The notes beneath the pieces are model-generated. The model worked only from the letters and a program-made list of their open reading frames with translations, searched no databases and was not told the origin of the DNA. Shown in pieces: positions 42,150 through 53,457 of a DNA stretch of 64,000 nt. The stretch is from an uncultured Alphaproteobacteria bacterium (GTDB lineage Bacteria > Pseudomonadota > Alphaproteobacteria > Sphingomonadales > Sphingomonadaceae). Location: assembly GCA_963763915.1 (NCBI GenBank), contig CAVXQH010000005.1:87694-151693 (forward strand), read 5' to 3'. Made by a program: the position numbers and the translations under genes. Within the stretch, counting starts at the first letter, position 1. Every line of letters starts with the position of its first letter.

Positions 42150-43294
42150 GCGGTCACAAGTCCTTGCGTTTGCGCCCCCATAATGTTCCCTGTACTTTTC
42201 AGTTCTACCGACTGTTTTTTTGTTTGATAGGGCATTTCGATCAAAACTTCAAATCCCCCCTTCGGATTAACGCGGTGTTCGAACCGTTGGTCGTCTCCGT
42301 AAGCTTGCAACAGGCGTTCGCGTGTGTTGGCCATGCCGACCCCGGTGGATTGCACGTTACTTTGAAGCTGCGGATTTAGACCAGGCCCGGTGTCCGACAC
42401 TACGATTCGCAGTTTTTGTCCGACCAGCTGCGCCGACACCGAAATATCAGCGCCGTCTTCTTTGGGTGTCACCGCATATTTGATCGCGTTCTCAACAAGC
42501 GGCTGCAACAGAAGTGAGGGCACCAAGGCATTACCAATCTGCGGATCGATATCGAAATAAGCGCGAAGACGTTCTTCAAAGCGCATCTTTTCAATATCGA
42601 GATAGAGCTTCAATGTCTCGATTTCCTGCGACAGCGTTACCTTGGCTTCGGCCTCGTTAATCAAAGTGAAGCGCAGGAACGATGATAAACGCGACAACAT
42701 CGCATTGGCTTGCTCGGTTTGCTTCAGCAGCACAAGGGTCGAAATCGAATTGAGCGTGTTGAACAGGAAATGCGGATTGAGCTGATAACGTAACATCGTC
42801 AGCTGCGCGCTCGTCGCGGCGGCCTCCAGCCTAAGCATTTGGTCGGCTTGCTCTTCCGCGCGAACGTAGAAATTGATCGCGTAATAGAGAGCAGACCATG
42901 CGCCAAGAAGCGTCGCGTCCATATAAAGTGCACCCACCAACAATTGCGGGAACGCGGTTTCATCTGCGCTTTGGCGGATCGTCTGGAACACCCAGACATC
43001 AATATAGGCGAACAGCCCAGACGCTATTGTTACTGCCAGTACCGTTGTTCCCCACGTGATGATCGGCTGCCGGTCGATCACAAAGCGGAAGATCACCGAC
43101 AATAACAACGTTATCGAATATCCGGTCACAGCTGAAATCAGGAGCGGAATGAAGAAGCTGAGCGGCTGACCGTTTGCAAGGCTCGACGCCGCGCGCAGGA
43201 TCAATGCTCCTGCCCATCCTATCGAATGCAGGTTCCAGAATGCGCGGTTCTTGTTCGCGAAAAACGGTTGGTCGGAAATTTCCAAAACGGCCAT
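42146..43294 (-). CDS. LytS/YehU-type sensor histidine kinase
   Basis: N-terminal TM helices, QLNPHFLFNTLN, LQPLVENAIK and TGVGMAN. Overlaps the regulator gene. Confidence 0.95.
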   Translation of the reverse strand: MAVLEISDQPFFANKNRAFWNLHSIGWAGALILRAASSLANGQPLSFFIPLLISAVTGYSITLLLSVIFRFVIDRQPIITWGTTVLAVTIASGLFAYIDVWVFQTIRQSADETAFPQLLVGALYMDATLLGAWSALYYAINFYVRAEEQADQMLRLEAAATSAQLTMLRYQLNPHFLFNTLNSISTLVLLKQTEQANAMLSRLSSFLRFTLINEAEAKVTLSQEIETLKLYLDIEKMRFEERLRAYFDIDPQIGNALVPSLLLQPLVENAIKYAVTPKEDGADISVSAQLVGQKLRIVVSDTGPGLNPQLQSNVQSTGVGMANTRERLLQAYGDDQRFEHRVNPKGGFEVLIEMPYQTKKQSVELKSTGNIMGAQTQGLVTA

Positions 43295-43402
43295 CCATAT
43301 CACTTAGCCGGAATATGCCCGGCATTGAAGCCCCTGTTTCAAGCAAAAGCCAAACAGGCTTGTTTCAGCCGCACCGCGTGATAGCATAGCCGCAAAGGAC
43401 GA

Positions 43403-43999
43403 ATGAACATGGACCATCACGACCAACCACGCGCCTCTTTTCCCGCAATGACCGAAGGAACGCAGGAAGACTGGGGCATCATTGCCGGTCAGTTTATGGG
43501 CTATGCCAGTACCGTCAGCGACCGCGTGCTGGACCATTTGCGCTTGCTTGAAGGCGACTTTGGCGGCTTTCCCGTCGACCGGTTGACCCACTGTTTGCAG
43601 ACGGCGACGCGTGCGCACCGCGACGGGCGCGATGAGGCTTATGTCGTGATGGCACTGATCCACGATATTGGCGACACGCTTGGCACCTATAATCATCCCG
43701 ACATTGGTGCAGCAATCATCAAGCCTTTTGTGCCGGAGGAATATCGCTGGATATGCGAGCAGCACGGGATTTTTCAGGGCTATTATTATTTCCATTTCCT
43801 CGGGATGGACCGTGACATGCGCGAAGGGTTGCGCGGTCACCCACATTTTGAGGCATGTGCTGAATTTTGCGAGAAATATGATCAGGCAGCGTTTGACGCC
43901 GCATATGACACCGCACCACTCACTTTCTTTGAACCTATGGTCAGGCGGGTGATGGCTGCGCCGATCAACAGCATGTACAAAGTGACTCAATCTGCCTGA
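43403..43999 (+). CDS. HD-domain protein (PhnZ/MIOX-like diiron ligand set)
   Basis: THCLQTA, HD in LIHDIGD, NH, QH and KYD. Confidence 0.85.
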   Translation: MNMDHHDQPRASFPAMTEGTQEDWGIIAGQFMGYASTVSDRVLDHLRLLEGDFGGFPVDRLTHCLQTATRAHRDGRDEAYVVMALIHDIGDTLGTYNHPDIGAAIIKPFVPEEYRWICEQHGIFQGYYYFHFLGMDRDMREGLRGHPHFEACAEFCEKYDQAAFDAAYDTAPLTFFEPMVRRVMAAPINSMYKVTQSA

Positions 44000-44112
44000 A
44001 ACCGCAATGTAATCAGGGCAGTATTTTAGGGAGAGGGCCTTTTTCACCCCGGCGGGGCTATGGGGGCAAGGCCATGTAGGAAAGTCGTTTTGCAGGGCGC
44101 AACACGATGACC

Positions 44113-46050
44113 TCAACTACCATGATAAAAATCATGCACCACCTGCGCGACTGCTTCCGAAACGCCGGGGGCTTTCTGCAAGTCTTCCAAACTAGCATCG
44201 CGCACCGAACGAGCCGTGCCGAAATGCATCAGCAACGCCTTTTTGCGCGCAGGGCCAATGCCCGGGACCTCGTCAAGCGGGCTCGCAGTAATTGCTTTGG
44301 TGCGCTTCGCCCGGTGCGCGCCGATGGCAAAGCGGTGTACCTCGTCACGCAGCCGTTGCAGATAGAACAGCACCGGCGCGTTGACCGGCAGAGTGAGCTC
44401 CCGCCCGTCGGGAAAGTGGAAAACCTCGCGGCCATCTCGGCCATGATGTGGACCTTTTGCTATGCCGATGAAGGGTACGTCATCGATGCCAAGCGCGTCG
44501 AGCACAGCTTTTACGGCGCTCACCTGCCCTTTTCCGCCGTCGATCAGGATCAAGTCGGGCCAACTTTCGTCGCGCTCCTCAGCTTCTTCTTGGGCGCGCC
44601 CGAACCTGCGCTGCATCACCTCGCGCATCATTGCAAAATCATCGCCGGGCGCAGTTTCTGGGTTCTTGATGTTCCATTTGCGATATTGGCCCTTAATGAA
44701 GCCGTCCGGCCCCGCGACCACCATGGCGCCTAGTGCATTCGTCCCCTGAATATGGCTGTTGTCGTAAATTTCGATGCGCTGCGGCGGTTCGGGCAGGTCG
44801 AACAACTCTGCCACCTCGCGCAGCAGTTTGCCCTGCGTTGTGGTTTCGGCGAGCCGTCGGTCGAGCGCCTCAACAGCGTTGCGTGTGGCTTGGGCAACGA
44901 GCTTCACCCTGTCCCCGCGCTGGGGAAAGGTGACAGTCACTTTTCTGCCGAGCTTTTCACCTAGCGCTTCTTCGAGCAAAGCGGCCTCGGGCAAATCGCG
45001 GTCGAGCATGATCGTCGCGGCGGGCGGTACTTCCTCATAAAATTGCGCGAGGAAGCTGGTCAACACCTCCTCCTCGCTCAAATCCTGCGTGTGCGACGGA
45101 AAGAACGCACGATGCCCCCAATTCTGGCCGCCGCGTATGAAAAACGCTTGTATGCCCATAACGCCGCTCTTTTGCGCAATGGCGAAGATATCGGCGTCAC
45201 CGACACCCGAAGCGTTGATCGCTTGGCTACCTTGAATGAAGGTCAGCGCCTTTAGGCGGTCACGCAGCAGCGCCGCGCGTTCGAAATCAAGGTCTTGTGC
45301 CGCACTCTCCATTTCCTTGGCGAGCTTGGCTTGCACGGTGGTCGACTTGCCGCCAAGGAAGGCCTTGGCATCGGCAACCAGTTCGCCGTAGGCGGCCTTG
45401 TCGATCCGGTCGACGCACGGTGCGGAGCAGCGCTTGATCTGAAATAAAAGGCACGGACGGTCGCGGTTGTTGAAGAAACTGTCCGAGCAGCTCCTGAGCA
45501 AGAACAGTTTTTCGAGCGCATTGAGCGTGGTGTTCACTGAACCAGCACTAGCAAACGGCCCGTAATAATTGCCCTTGTGCCGCCGCGCGCCGCGATGTTT
45601 CTGGATACGCGGAAAGTCGTGATCTGCGCGCAGCAGGATGAACGGAAAGCTTTTGTCATCGCGAAGCAGAACATTGTAGGCTGGGCGATAGCGCTTGATC
45701 AGCTGCGCCTCGAGCAACAGCGCCTCGGCCTCGCTGTTCGTCGTCACCACCGTCATCGAGCGGGTGAGCGCAACCATACGGCGCAAGCGGTTTGGGAGCC
45801 GTTCGACCTGGATATAGTTGCTGACGCGGTTCTTGAGCGCCTTTGCCTTGCCGACATATAAGATGTCGCCGCGGGCATCGTGCATCCGGTAGACGCCAGG
45901 TCGCGTGGGAAGAGTTTTCAGCACATTGCGGATCGCAGCAATCCCCCCGTCAAGATCGGGCTGGTCCGCGCCCTTTACTGCATAGGTCTGCCGCTCCTCG
46001 CTGAAACGTGCGGCTGCGTTTGGCTGGTCTGGACGGTCGGCCTTTGACAT
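44113..46050 (-). CDS. uvrC: Excinuclease ABC subunit C
   Basis: GIY-YIG PGVYRM..LYVGKA, CLLFQIKRCSAPC, IEIYDNSH, IDGGKGQ and HhH VPGIG. Confidence 0.98.
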   Translation of the reverse strand: MSKADRPDQPNAAARFSEERQTYAVKGADQPDLDGGIAAIRNVLKTLPTRPGVYRMHDARGDILYVGKAKALKNRVSNYIQVERLPNRLRRMVALTRSMTVVTTNSEAEALLLEAQLIKRYRPAYNVLLRDDKSFPFILLRADHDFPRIQKHRGARRHKGNYYGPFASAGSVNTTLNALEKLFLLRSCSDSFFNNRDRPCLLFQIKRCSAPCVDRIDKAAYGELVADAKAFLGGKSTTVQAKLAKEMESAAQDLDFERAALLRDRLKALTFIQGSQAINASGVGDADIFAIAQKSGVMGIQAFFIRGGQNWGHRAFFPSHTQDLSEEEVLTSFLAQFYEEVPPAATIMLDRDLPEAALLEEALGEKLGRKVTVTFPQRGDRVKLVAQATRNAVEALDRRLAETTTQGKLLREVAELFDLPEPPQRIEIYDNSHIQGTNALGAMVVAGPDGFIKGQYRKWNIKNPETAPGDDFAMMREVMQRRFGRAQEEAEERDESWPDLILIDGGKGQVSAVKAVLDALGIDDVPFIGIAKGPHHGRDGREVFHFPDGRELTLPVNAPVLFYLQRLRDEVHRFAIGAHRAKRTKAITASPLDEVPGIGPARKKALLMHFGTARSVRDASLEDLQKAPGVSEAVAQVVHDFYHGS

Positions 46051-46095
46051 CGGGTTTTGTTTTGCTACTCAATTTGTGGGCAGAGGAGACAATAG

Positions 46096-46827
46096 ATGCA
46101 AGTTGCTGGCAAAACCATATTAATCACCGGAAGCACCGAAGGCATCGGTAAGGAGCTGGCGCGGCAGCTGCGCGACAAAGGCGCAAGCATCATCGCACAT
46201 GGCCGCAACCCCGAACGGATAGCAGAAACCAAAGCCGAAGGGTTTGAGGTGATTGCCGCCGATTTGTCGAATGTCGACGGGGTAAAGAAGCTTTTGAACG
46301 CAGTTGAAGGCCGCGAGTTCGATATTCTCATCAACAATGCAGGTGCGGGAACGGCGCATGATTTCCGCGAAGGGCCGCCCGACAGCGCGCATAATGACGC
46401 GATCCTTTACCTGAACCTCGCCGCGCCTATCCGGATCATCGCGGCGCTGGTGCCGATGCTGCGGACACGCCCTGAAGCGATGATCGTCAATGTGACTTCC
46501 GGGTTAGCGATTGCGCCGCGCGCGGGCGGGCCGGTATATTGCGGGACAAAGGCGGGGCTGCGCAGCTATACGCAGGCAATCAGATACCAACTGAAAGATA
46601 CAAAGGTCCGGCTTCTCGACGCTATGCCGCCGGTTGTCAGAACGGCGCTGACATCGGGACGCTATAACGATGGACGAAACAAGATGGAGCCCGAAGAATG
46701 CGCCCGGCAAATCATTGTCGCGATGGAACGCAATGCTTGGGATGCAAAGGTCGGCCTCGTAAAGCTACTTGGCCTGATGCACAGCATCTCGCCGGCACTT
46801 GCGCGCCGGATAATGATCAAATTCTAA
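46096..46827 (+). CDS. Short-chain dehydrogenase/reductase (DltE-like)
   Basis: TGSTEGIG, NNAG, NVTS and YCGTK. Confidence 0.93.
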   Translation: MQVAGKTILITGSTEGIGKELARQLRDKGASIIAHGRNPERIAETKAEGFEVIAADLSNVDGVKKLLNAVEGREFDILINNAGAGTAHDFREGPPDSAHNDAILYLNLAAPIRIIAALVPMLRTRPEAMIVNVTSGLAIAPRAGGPVYCGTKAGLRSYTQAIRYQLKDTKVRLLDAMPPVVRTALTSGRYNDGRNKMEPEECARQIIVAMERNAWDAKVGLVKLLGLMHSISPALARRIMIKF

Positions 46828-46996
46828 TGCACTGGAAATTGCCAGCGCAGACCATAGAACCAAATAGGTTCTATTTTGCCGTAGGGAGAGTGTCAGAGCA
46901 CAAAGACTGAGGCCTCCGCTGCCATCCTAGCCAAAATCCAGACATCATGCTGTACGGGCAAATTTGGGGACTGCACCTAACCGCGCCAAAGTTCCT

Positions 46997-47845
46997 TCAG
47001 CTTTTCCACTCGTGACACTTTTGCGCGATGCTGCCAACATAATGGGCGCGAATGTTGAGCGCGGCGACATCGGCTTCGCTCAACCCTGAAGTTAAGCCGC
47101 CTAGCGAAGCAATTATGTCTTTATCGGTTACCCGCGCCTCATATTGCTTCAGCATGTCTGCGGCGAGAGGCATGTACGACCAGTGCCAGGCTTCGTCGCT
47201 ATAGCCGAATTTCCGGGTGCCAGCCGCTTTGCCGGCAAAGGGCTGGCAAAATCCGTAGGTCGCAGCATTCTTGTCGAGCCAAAGTTTGATCTGCGCGTTG
47301 GTCCCGTTTGCCCAGGCAGCTCCATTCAAGCTGTTGAAGTCAACATCGGTCCCCCAGTGATGACGCGAAGTTCCCGGCATCGAGTTGAACTTAAGGATGC
47401 ATAGCGCAATCGATCTTTGTCGCGCGCTACCCGAAGGAGCAATGATGCAACCGCGTTGTCGCGCGACGGACGCAATATTGGCCTTCTTGCCGTTCCAGAT
47501 TGTGCGTTGATCCGCAGCGCTGCGGTAATCAGAAACCAGTCGCAAGTTGAGCCCTGTGTCCTTGCAAAGCTGCGTCGCCATTTCGATATATTTGCGGTGC
47601 GCCTCGCTGCGGATGGTCCGTCCCGCATTGGCGCTCGGTGCTGCCGTCGGCTTTCGCGCTATGCAGTTGATCCCTGCTGCCGCTGATTTCATATCGACGA
47701 AGCCCTCCGCCCCGCTCAGTTGCTTGACGGTGTAAGTAATCTGAGCGGTATCGCCACTTTGAACGTTGGTTGGTTGCAGCAAACCGGTAGCTGCAAAAGC
47801 CGGGATGATTGCCAACAGGCCAAACGGAATAAATTTGCGTGTCAT
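46997..47845 (-). CDS. M15B family D-Ala-D-Ala carboxypeptidase (VanY-like)
   Basis: Signal peptide, SDYRS, PGTSRHHWGTDVD (SxHxxGxxxD) and EAWHWSY. Confidence 0.9.
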   Translation of the reverse strand: MTRKFIPFGLLAIIPAFAATGLLQPTNVQSGDTAQITYTVKQLSGAEGFVDMKSAAAGINCIARKPTAAPSANAGRTIRSEAHRKYIEMATQLCKDTGLNLRLVSDYRSAADQRTIWNGKKANIASVARQRGCIIAPSGSARQRSIALCILKFNSMPGTSRHHWGTDVDFNSLNGAAWANGTNAQIKLWLDKNAATYGFCQPFAGKAAGTRKFGYSDEAWHWSYMPLAADMLKQYEARVTDKDIIASLGGLTSGLSEADVAALNIRAHYVGSIAQKCHEWKS

Positions 47846-47951
47846 GCGTGCAACGCTGTGCTGTCTGGGCCAAAATTGCAAGCAAATGGCGTGCCAGGCG
47901 GACCTTCATTATCTTTGATGCCGATTGCTCGCCGCGATGCTACACGTAGCT

Positions 47952-49097
47952 ATGCAACTCAAAAATTTCAACGCACAAGGCTTTTTGCGGGACTATTGGC
48001 AGAAAAAGCCGGTGCTTATTCGCGGTGCATTTGCCGCGTGGAGCAACCCGCTTGACCCAGACGAACTGGCCGGGCTGGCTTGCGAAGAGCACGTCGAATC
48101 GCGCCTGATAACGCGCAATGATGACCTGCTAATTGCAGAAGATGGCCCCTTGCCCGAAGTGCGCTTTGGTAAGCTCGGCAAAGCCCCTTGGACGTTACTC
48201 GTGCAGGCAGTCGACCATCACATCCCCGAAGCTGCGGCGTTGATTGAGCCGTTTCGTTTTATCCCCAATTGGCGGATCGATGATGTCATGGTCAGCTATG
48301 CCAGCGACGGCGGCGGCGTGGGTCCGCATTTCGACCAATATGATGTGTTCTTGATTCAGGGATTGGGTAAGCGTCGCTGGCGGGTTGGTCAGGTTTGCGA
48401 TGCGGACAGCGTGCTTTTGCCGCATGACGATTTGCGCTTGCTCGCCGATTTTGAAACGACCGACGAGTGGCTGCTCGAACCTGGCGACATGCTCTATGTT
48501 CCTCCCGGTGTTGCGCATGACGGCGTCGCGGTGGGCGACAACTGCATGACCTATTCGATCGGCTTTCGTGCGCCGTCGCGCGGTGAGCTGATCAGCGGTT
48601 ATAGCGAGCATATTCTTGAGGAACTGGTCGATGAAGACCGGTACAGCGACCCTGACTTGAAGACGCAAGTCAACCCGGGCGAAATCACCAGCGATGCGCT
48701 CGATGCACTGCATAAGATGGTGCTGGAGAGACTTGCTGACCGCCGCGATTTCGTCCGCTGGTTCGGCGAATTTAGCAGCACGCCCAAATATCCCGAGGTG
48801 GATTGGGCACCGGAGGAACCAGTGTCATCTGCAGATGTGCTAGATTTGGTCGCGAATGGACGAAAGCTTGAGCGAAATCCAGCGAGCCGTTTCTCCTTCA
48901 TCCGCTCCGATGGGGGCCTATTGCTCTTCGTCGACGGTGATTGCTTCGAAGTTTCCGAAGTGACCGCCACGTTCGCACAAAGCTTGTGCGCCAGCGATAA
49001 CATGGCGCTTGATCCTTCGGCTCTGAAATCAGAAGCGACCATGGCCTTGATCATTCAGTTGCTCAATCAAGGCAGCATCGCATTCGAAGCCGATTGA
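47952..49097 (+). CDS. roxA: JmjC/cupin ribosomal protein uL16 hydroxylase (YcfD/RoxA family)
   Basis: WQKKP, WTLLVQAVD, WRIDDVMVSYA..GGGVGPHFDQYDVFLIQG.GKRRW and AHDG. Confidence 0.88.
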   Translation: MQLKNFNAQGFLRDYWQKKPVLIRGAFAAWSNPLDPDELAGLACEEHVESRLITRNDDLLIAEDGPLPEVRFGKLGKAPWTLLVQAVDHHIPEAAALIEPFRFIPNWRIDDVMVSYASDGGGVGPHFDQYDVFLIQGLGKRRWRVGQVCDADSVLLPHDDLRLLADFETTDEWLLEPGDMLYVPPGVAHDGVAVGDNCMTYSIGFRAPSRGELISGYSEHILEELVDEDRYSDPDLKTQVNPGEITSDALDALHKMVLERLADRRDFVRWFGEFSSTPKYPEVDWAPEEPVSSADVLDLVANGRKLERNPASRFSFIRSDGGLLLFVDGDCFEVSEVTATFAQSLCASDNMALDPSALKSEATMALIIQLLNQGSIAFEAD

Positions 49098-49104
49098 ATT
49101 TGAA

Positions 49105-49281
49105 ATGAAAACGCGCCAAAGCATATGCGCGAAGAAAGTCAATTACGCGACACTAGCCGACGCGGCACAAGCCGCACTGCGCGCCGATATTGCGCTTCAT
49201 CCCTATCGATGCGACCGGTGCTGGCAATATCATCTGACCAGTCGGACAAAGGGGCGGCGCATGCCGCGGCCCACGCTCTAA
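49105..49281 (+). CDS. 58-aa putative zinc-finger protein (not in the ORF track)
   Basis: MKTRQSICAKKVNY...PYRCDRCWQYHLTSRTKG. It starts 8 nt after the roxA stop and its stop overlaps the convergent rluE stop by 4 nt. Confidence 0.75.
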   Translation: MKTRQSICAKKVNYATLADAAQAALRADIALHPYRCDRCWQYHLTSRTKGRRMPRPTL

Positions 49282-49829
49282 ACCAAAACCTCTTTATGCT
49301 CACCCACTGCTAGGCCCTCTAACGTCCAATCCGCAATAGACCAGCGCACCAGCCGCAATGTGGGATGCCCGACCCCTGCGGTCATGCGCCGCACCTGTCG
49401 GTTGCGGCCTTCGCAGATCGAAAGCGCGATCCAGCAATCTGGTACAGTCTGGCGTACGCGGATAGGCGGGTCGCGCGGCCAGAGATCGGGCGGATCGATG
49501 CACTTTGCCTTGGCTGGGCGCGTCAGGCCGTCTTTGAGGGCAACACCGCGCCGTAGCACCGCCAATGCGTCCTCGGTAACTTCGCCCTCGACCTGCACCA
49601 GATAGGTCTTTTCCATCTTGTACTTCGGGTCGGATATCCGCGCCTGCAACCGGCCATCATCAGTCAGTAGCATCAGCCCTTCGCTATCCATGTCGAGCCG
49701 GCCAGCGGGATAGATGCCGGGTATGCCGATAAAGTTCGATAAAGTCGGACGCGGCGAGCCCGCACTGCCCTTATCGGTAAATTGCGGCAGCACGCCGTAA
49801 GGTTTGTTGTACAGGATCAGGCGGGGCAT
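49278..49829 (-). CDS. rluE: rRNA pseudouridine synthase (RluE-like, RsuA family)
   Basis: NKPYGVL, GRLDMDSEGL and EGRNRQVRRM..VGHPTLRLVR. Confidence 0.88.
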   Translation of the reverse strand: MPRLILYNKPYGVLPQFTDKGSAGSPRPTLSNFIGIPGIYPAGRLDMDSEGLMLLTDDGRLQARISDPKYKMEKTYLVQVEGEVTEDALAVLRRGVALKDGLTRPAKAKCIDPPDLWPRDPPIRVRQTVPDCWIALSICEGRNRQVRRMTAGVGHPTLRLVRWSIADWTLEGLAVGEHKEVLV

Positions 49830-49857
49830 CGGCACTTACTAACACCAATCGCTCAAC

Positions 49858-49890
49858 AAGAAAGGGCCGGTGGATTTCTCCCCCGACCCT
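49858..49890 (-). terminator. Rho-independent terminator after groEL
   Basis: Minus strand AGGGTCGGGG...CCACCGGCCCT followed by TTCTT. Confidence 0.7.
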
Positions 49891-49920
49891 GAATCTTTAG
49901 ACTAATTTGGACGCTTGGCT

Positions 49921-51591
<1,671 letters not shown>

Positions 51592-51647
51592 TTAAATGTG
51601 GCAGAAATCCGCCAAAGTTCACACTATAATCGGGATGCGGCGGATGA

Positions 51648-51935
51648 TTAGCCAACGATCCCTAGGATATCTGACTCCTTCATGATCAACAGGTCTTCGC
51701 CGCCAATCTTGACTTCGGTGCCCGACCATTTGCCGAACAGGATTTTGTCGCCCTTTTTGACGTCGGGCTTTATGCGGTCGCCGTCTTCGTTATACGCACC
51801 TTCACCAACAGCAACGACTTCGCCTTCTTGGGGCTTTTCTTGTGCGTTGTCGGGAATGATGATCCCGCCTGCGGTTTTGGTTTCGGCCTCGACACGGCGT
51901 ACGAGAACGCGGTCATGTAATGGACGAAATTTCAT
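51648..51935 (-). CDS. groES: Co-chaperonin GroES
   Basis: [28 protein letters not shown] at 51935. Confidence 0.99.
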   Translation of the reverse strand: MKFRPLHDRVLVRRVEAETKTAGGIIIPDNAQEKPQEGEVVAVGEGAYNEDGDRIKPDVKKGDKILFGKWSGTEVKIGGEDLLIMKESDILGIVG

Positions 51936-52015
51936 GCCTGGTTTTTCCTTCCTGATTAAGCGCAATGCCCATTTGGCCGCCATAAGCGCCAAAGGGAGCA
52001 ATGCTGGAATGCATG

Positions 52016-52042
52016 TTGGCACTCATCGATCACGAGTGCTAA
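52016..52042 (-). promoter_or_regulatory. CIRCE element (HrcA operator)
   Basis: Minus strand TTAGCACTC-N9-GAGTGCCAA upstream of groES. Confidence 0.95.
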
Positions 52043-52050
52043 CGAAGCGC

Positions 52051-52078
52051 ATATGGGCGTTTTCGAAAAAAGGTCAAG
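52051..52078 (-). promoter_or_regulatory. RpoH (sigma32) promoter of groESL
   Basis: Minus strand CTTGAC-N15-CCCATAT immediately upstream of CIRCE. Confidence 0.8.
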
Positions 52079-52108
52079 GGAAGCTGGACGATTATTTTTA
52101 TGGGTAAT

Positions 52109-52134
52109 GTAACATTTTGGGTGTGACGCGCGAA
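52109..52134 (+). promoter_or_regulatory. SigF/ECF16-type promoter of the buf cluster
   Basis: GTAACA-N16-CGAA compared with the Caulobacter SigF consensus GTAACC-N16-CGAA. The cognate sigma and anti-sigma are in the same cluster. Confidence 0.8.
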
Positions 52135-52235
52135 ACTCAAGGCAGAACGCTTCGATCTGCGTTATAGCAAGTCGAAGGTTCATGGTGACGGGCATAAGTG
52201 TCCGTTTGACGAAGATACAAATTGAGGAACTATTC

Positions 52236-52541
52236 ATGTCTAACCAATCCCTAAATCTCGTTGCGGCATTATCTGCTGCTGCACTGCTTGCCGTCTCACC
52301 GGTTTCAGCCGAAGGCATGTCGATGAAAAAAACTGGCGCGAAAGAAAAATGCTTCGGTGTTGCCCTCAAAGCGAAAAACGATTGTTCGGCTGGTCCGGGC
52401 ACAAGCTGTGCTGGCACGTCAACGGCAGATTATCAGGGCGATGCCTGGAAATATGTTGGAAAGGGCCAATGCGTCAAAATGGGGGGCTCGCTGAAGGCAA
52501 AGAAGGGCAATATGGCCCCAAAACCCATGATGAAGAAATAA
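52236..52541 (+). CDS. DUF2282 / BufA1-type bufferin precursor
   Basis: Sec signal and a four-Cys core EKCFGVA...NDC....SCAG...W...G.C. RBS GAGG. Confidence 0.9.
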   Translation: MSNQSLNLVAALSAAALLAVSPVSAEGMSMKKTGAKEKCFGVALKAKNDCSAGPGTSCAGTSTADYQGDAWKYVGKGQCVKMGGSLKAKKGNMAPKPMMKK

Positions 52542-52560
52542 CGGGATTACGTTCCCAGAC

Positions 52561-53457
52561 ATGTTTCAGCCCGGTTCCCGACAATCCGACAAAGGTGGCC
52601 TTCCCCTCACCGCTGGAATCGGGCTGAAGCACCAACATTACAGCGCCTTTCTGGACGCCGACCGCCCAGCGGGTCGCACCCAATGGGTCGAGGTTCACCC
52701 GCAAAATTACTTTGGGCTATCCAACTCTAGCGGCGGCGGACCGCCGCACAGATGGCTGACTGCTGTCGCCGACGTCACAGTCCTTAGCTTTCATTCGGTT
52801 GGACTGTCGATGGGAAGCGCAGACGGGGTATTCGAGGACCAACTGGAAAAGCTGGCCACGCTGTGCGACCGCTATCAACCTGCGATGGTATCTGACCATC
52901 TCAGCTTCTCGGGCAACGCGCATGACCGCGTTTCGGACTTGCTGCCCGTGCCATACACCGGCGCAATGCTCGATCATTTCGCCGAACAAGTCTCGCGTGT
53001 GCAGGACCGGTTGCAGCGTGCTATTCTGATCGAAAATCCGTCGCGCTATCTGGCGTATCGCGGCGATGAAATGGACGAGCCCGAGTTTATCGAAAGGCTA
53101 TTGGCCAAGACCGGCTGCGGGCTATTGCTCGACATCAACAATATCATCGTCAGCTGCGGCAACCTAGGCTTGGTTGCGACGGAATATCTGCAATCTATCG
53201 ATCCTGCTACCGTGGGCGAAATCCATCTCGCGGGTCACACCGCCGAGCGACACGAAAGCGGTCCGCTCTTAATTGATGATCACGGAAGCGCGGTGGGTTC
53301 AGAATGTTGGCAGCTCTATTCTCGGTTTATCGAGCGTGCGGGTCCTCTTCCAACCTTGGTCGAATGGGACACAGATGTTCCCGAATACAAAATCCTGATC
53401 GCGGAAGCGAAAAAGGCCGAACAAATTTTGCACAGTGCTGCTTATGATCACGCATGA
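52561..53457 (+). CDS. DUF692 multinuclear non-heme iron oxidative enzyme (MNIO, BufB-type)
   Basis: GIGLK..HY, SFHSVGLS, SDHL, IENP, LLDINN, EIHLAGH, IDDHG and LVEWD. Confidence 0.95.
   Translation: MFQPGSRQSDKGGLPLTAGIGLKHQHYSAFLDADRPAGRTQWVEVHPQNYFGLSNSSGGGPPHRWLTAVADVTVLSFHSVGLSMGSADGVFEDQLEKLATLCDRYQPAMVSDHLSFSGNAHDRVSDLLPVPYTGAMLDHFAEQVSRVQDRLQRAILIENPSRYLAYRGDEMDEPEFIERLLAKTGCGLLLDINNIIVSCGNLGLVATEYLQSIDPATVGEIHLAGHTAERHESGPLLIDDHGSAVGSECWQLYSRFIERAGPLPTLVEWDTDVPEYKILIAEAKKAEQILHSAAYDHA

Noticed and set aside
43304-44116. 270-aa minus ORF downstream of uvrC
   Set aside because: It is antisense to the clearly recognisable HD-domain gene.
46854-46874. ATAGAACC-aaata-GGTTCTAT inverted repeat
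   Set aside because: It lies between convergent genes and is most simply a weak terminator. Nothing else supports a distinct element.
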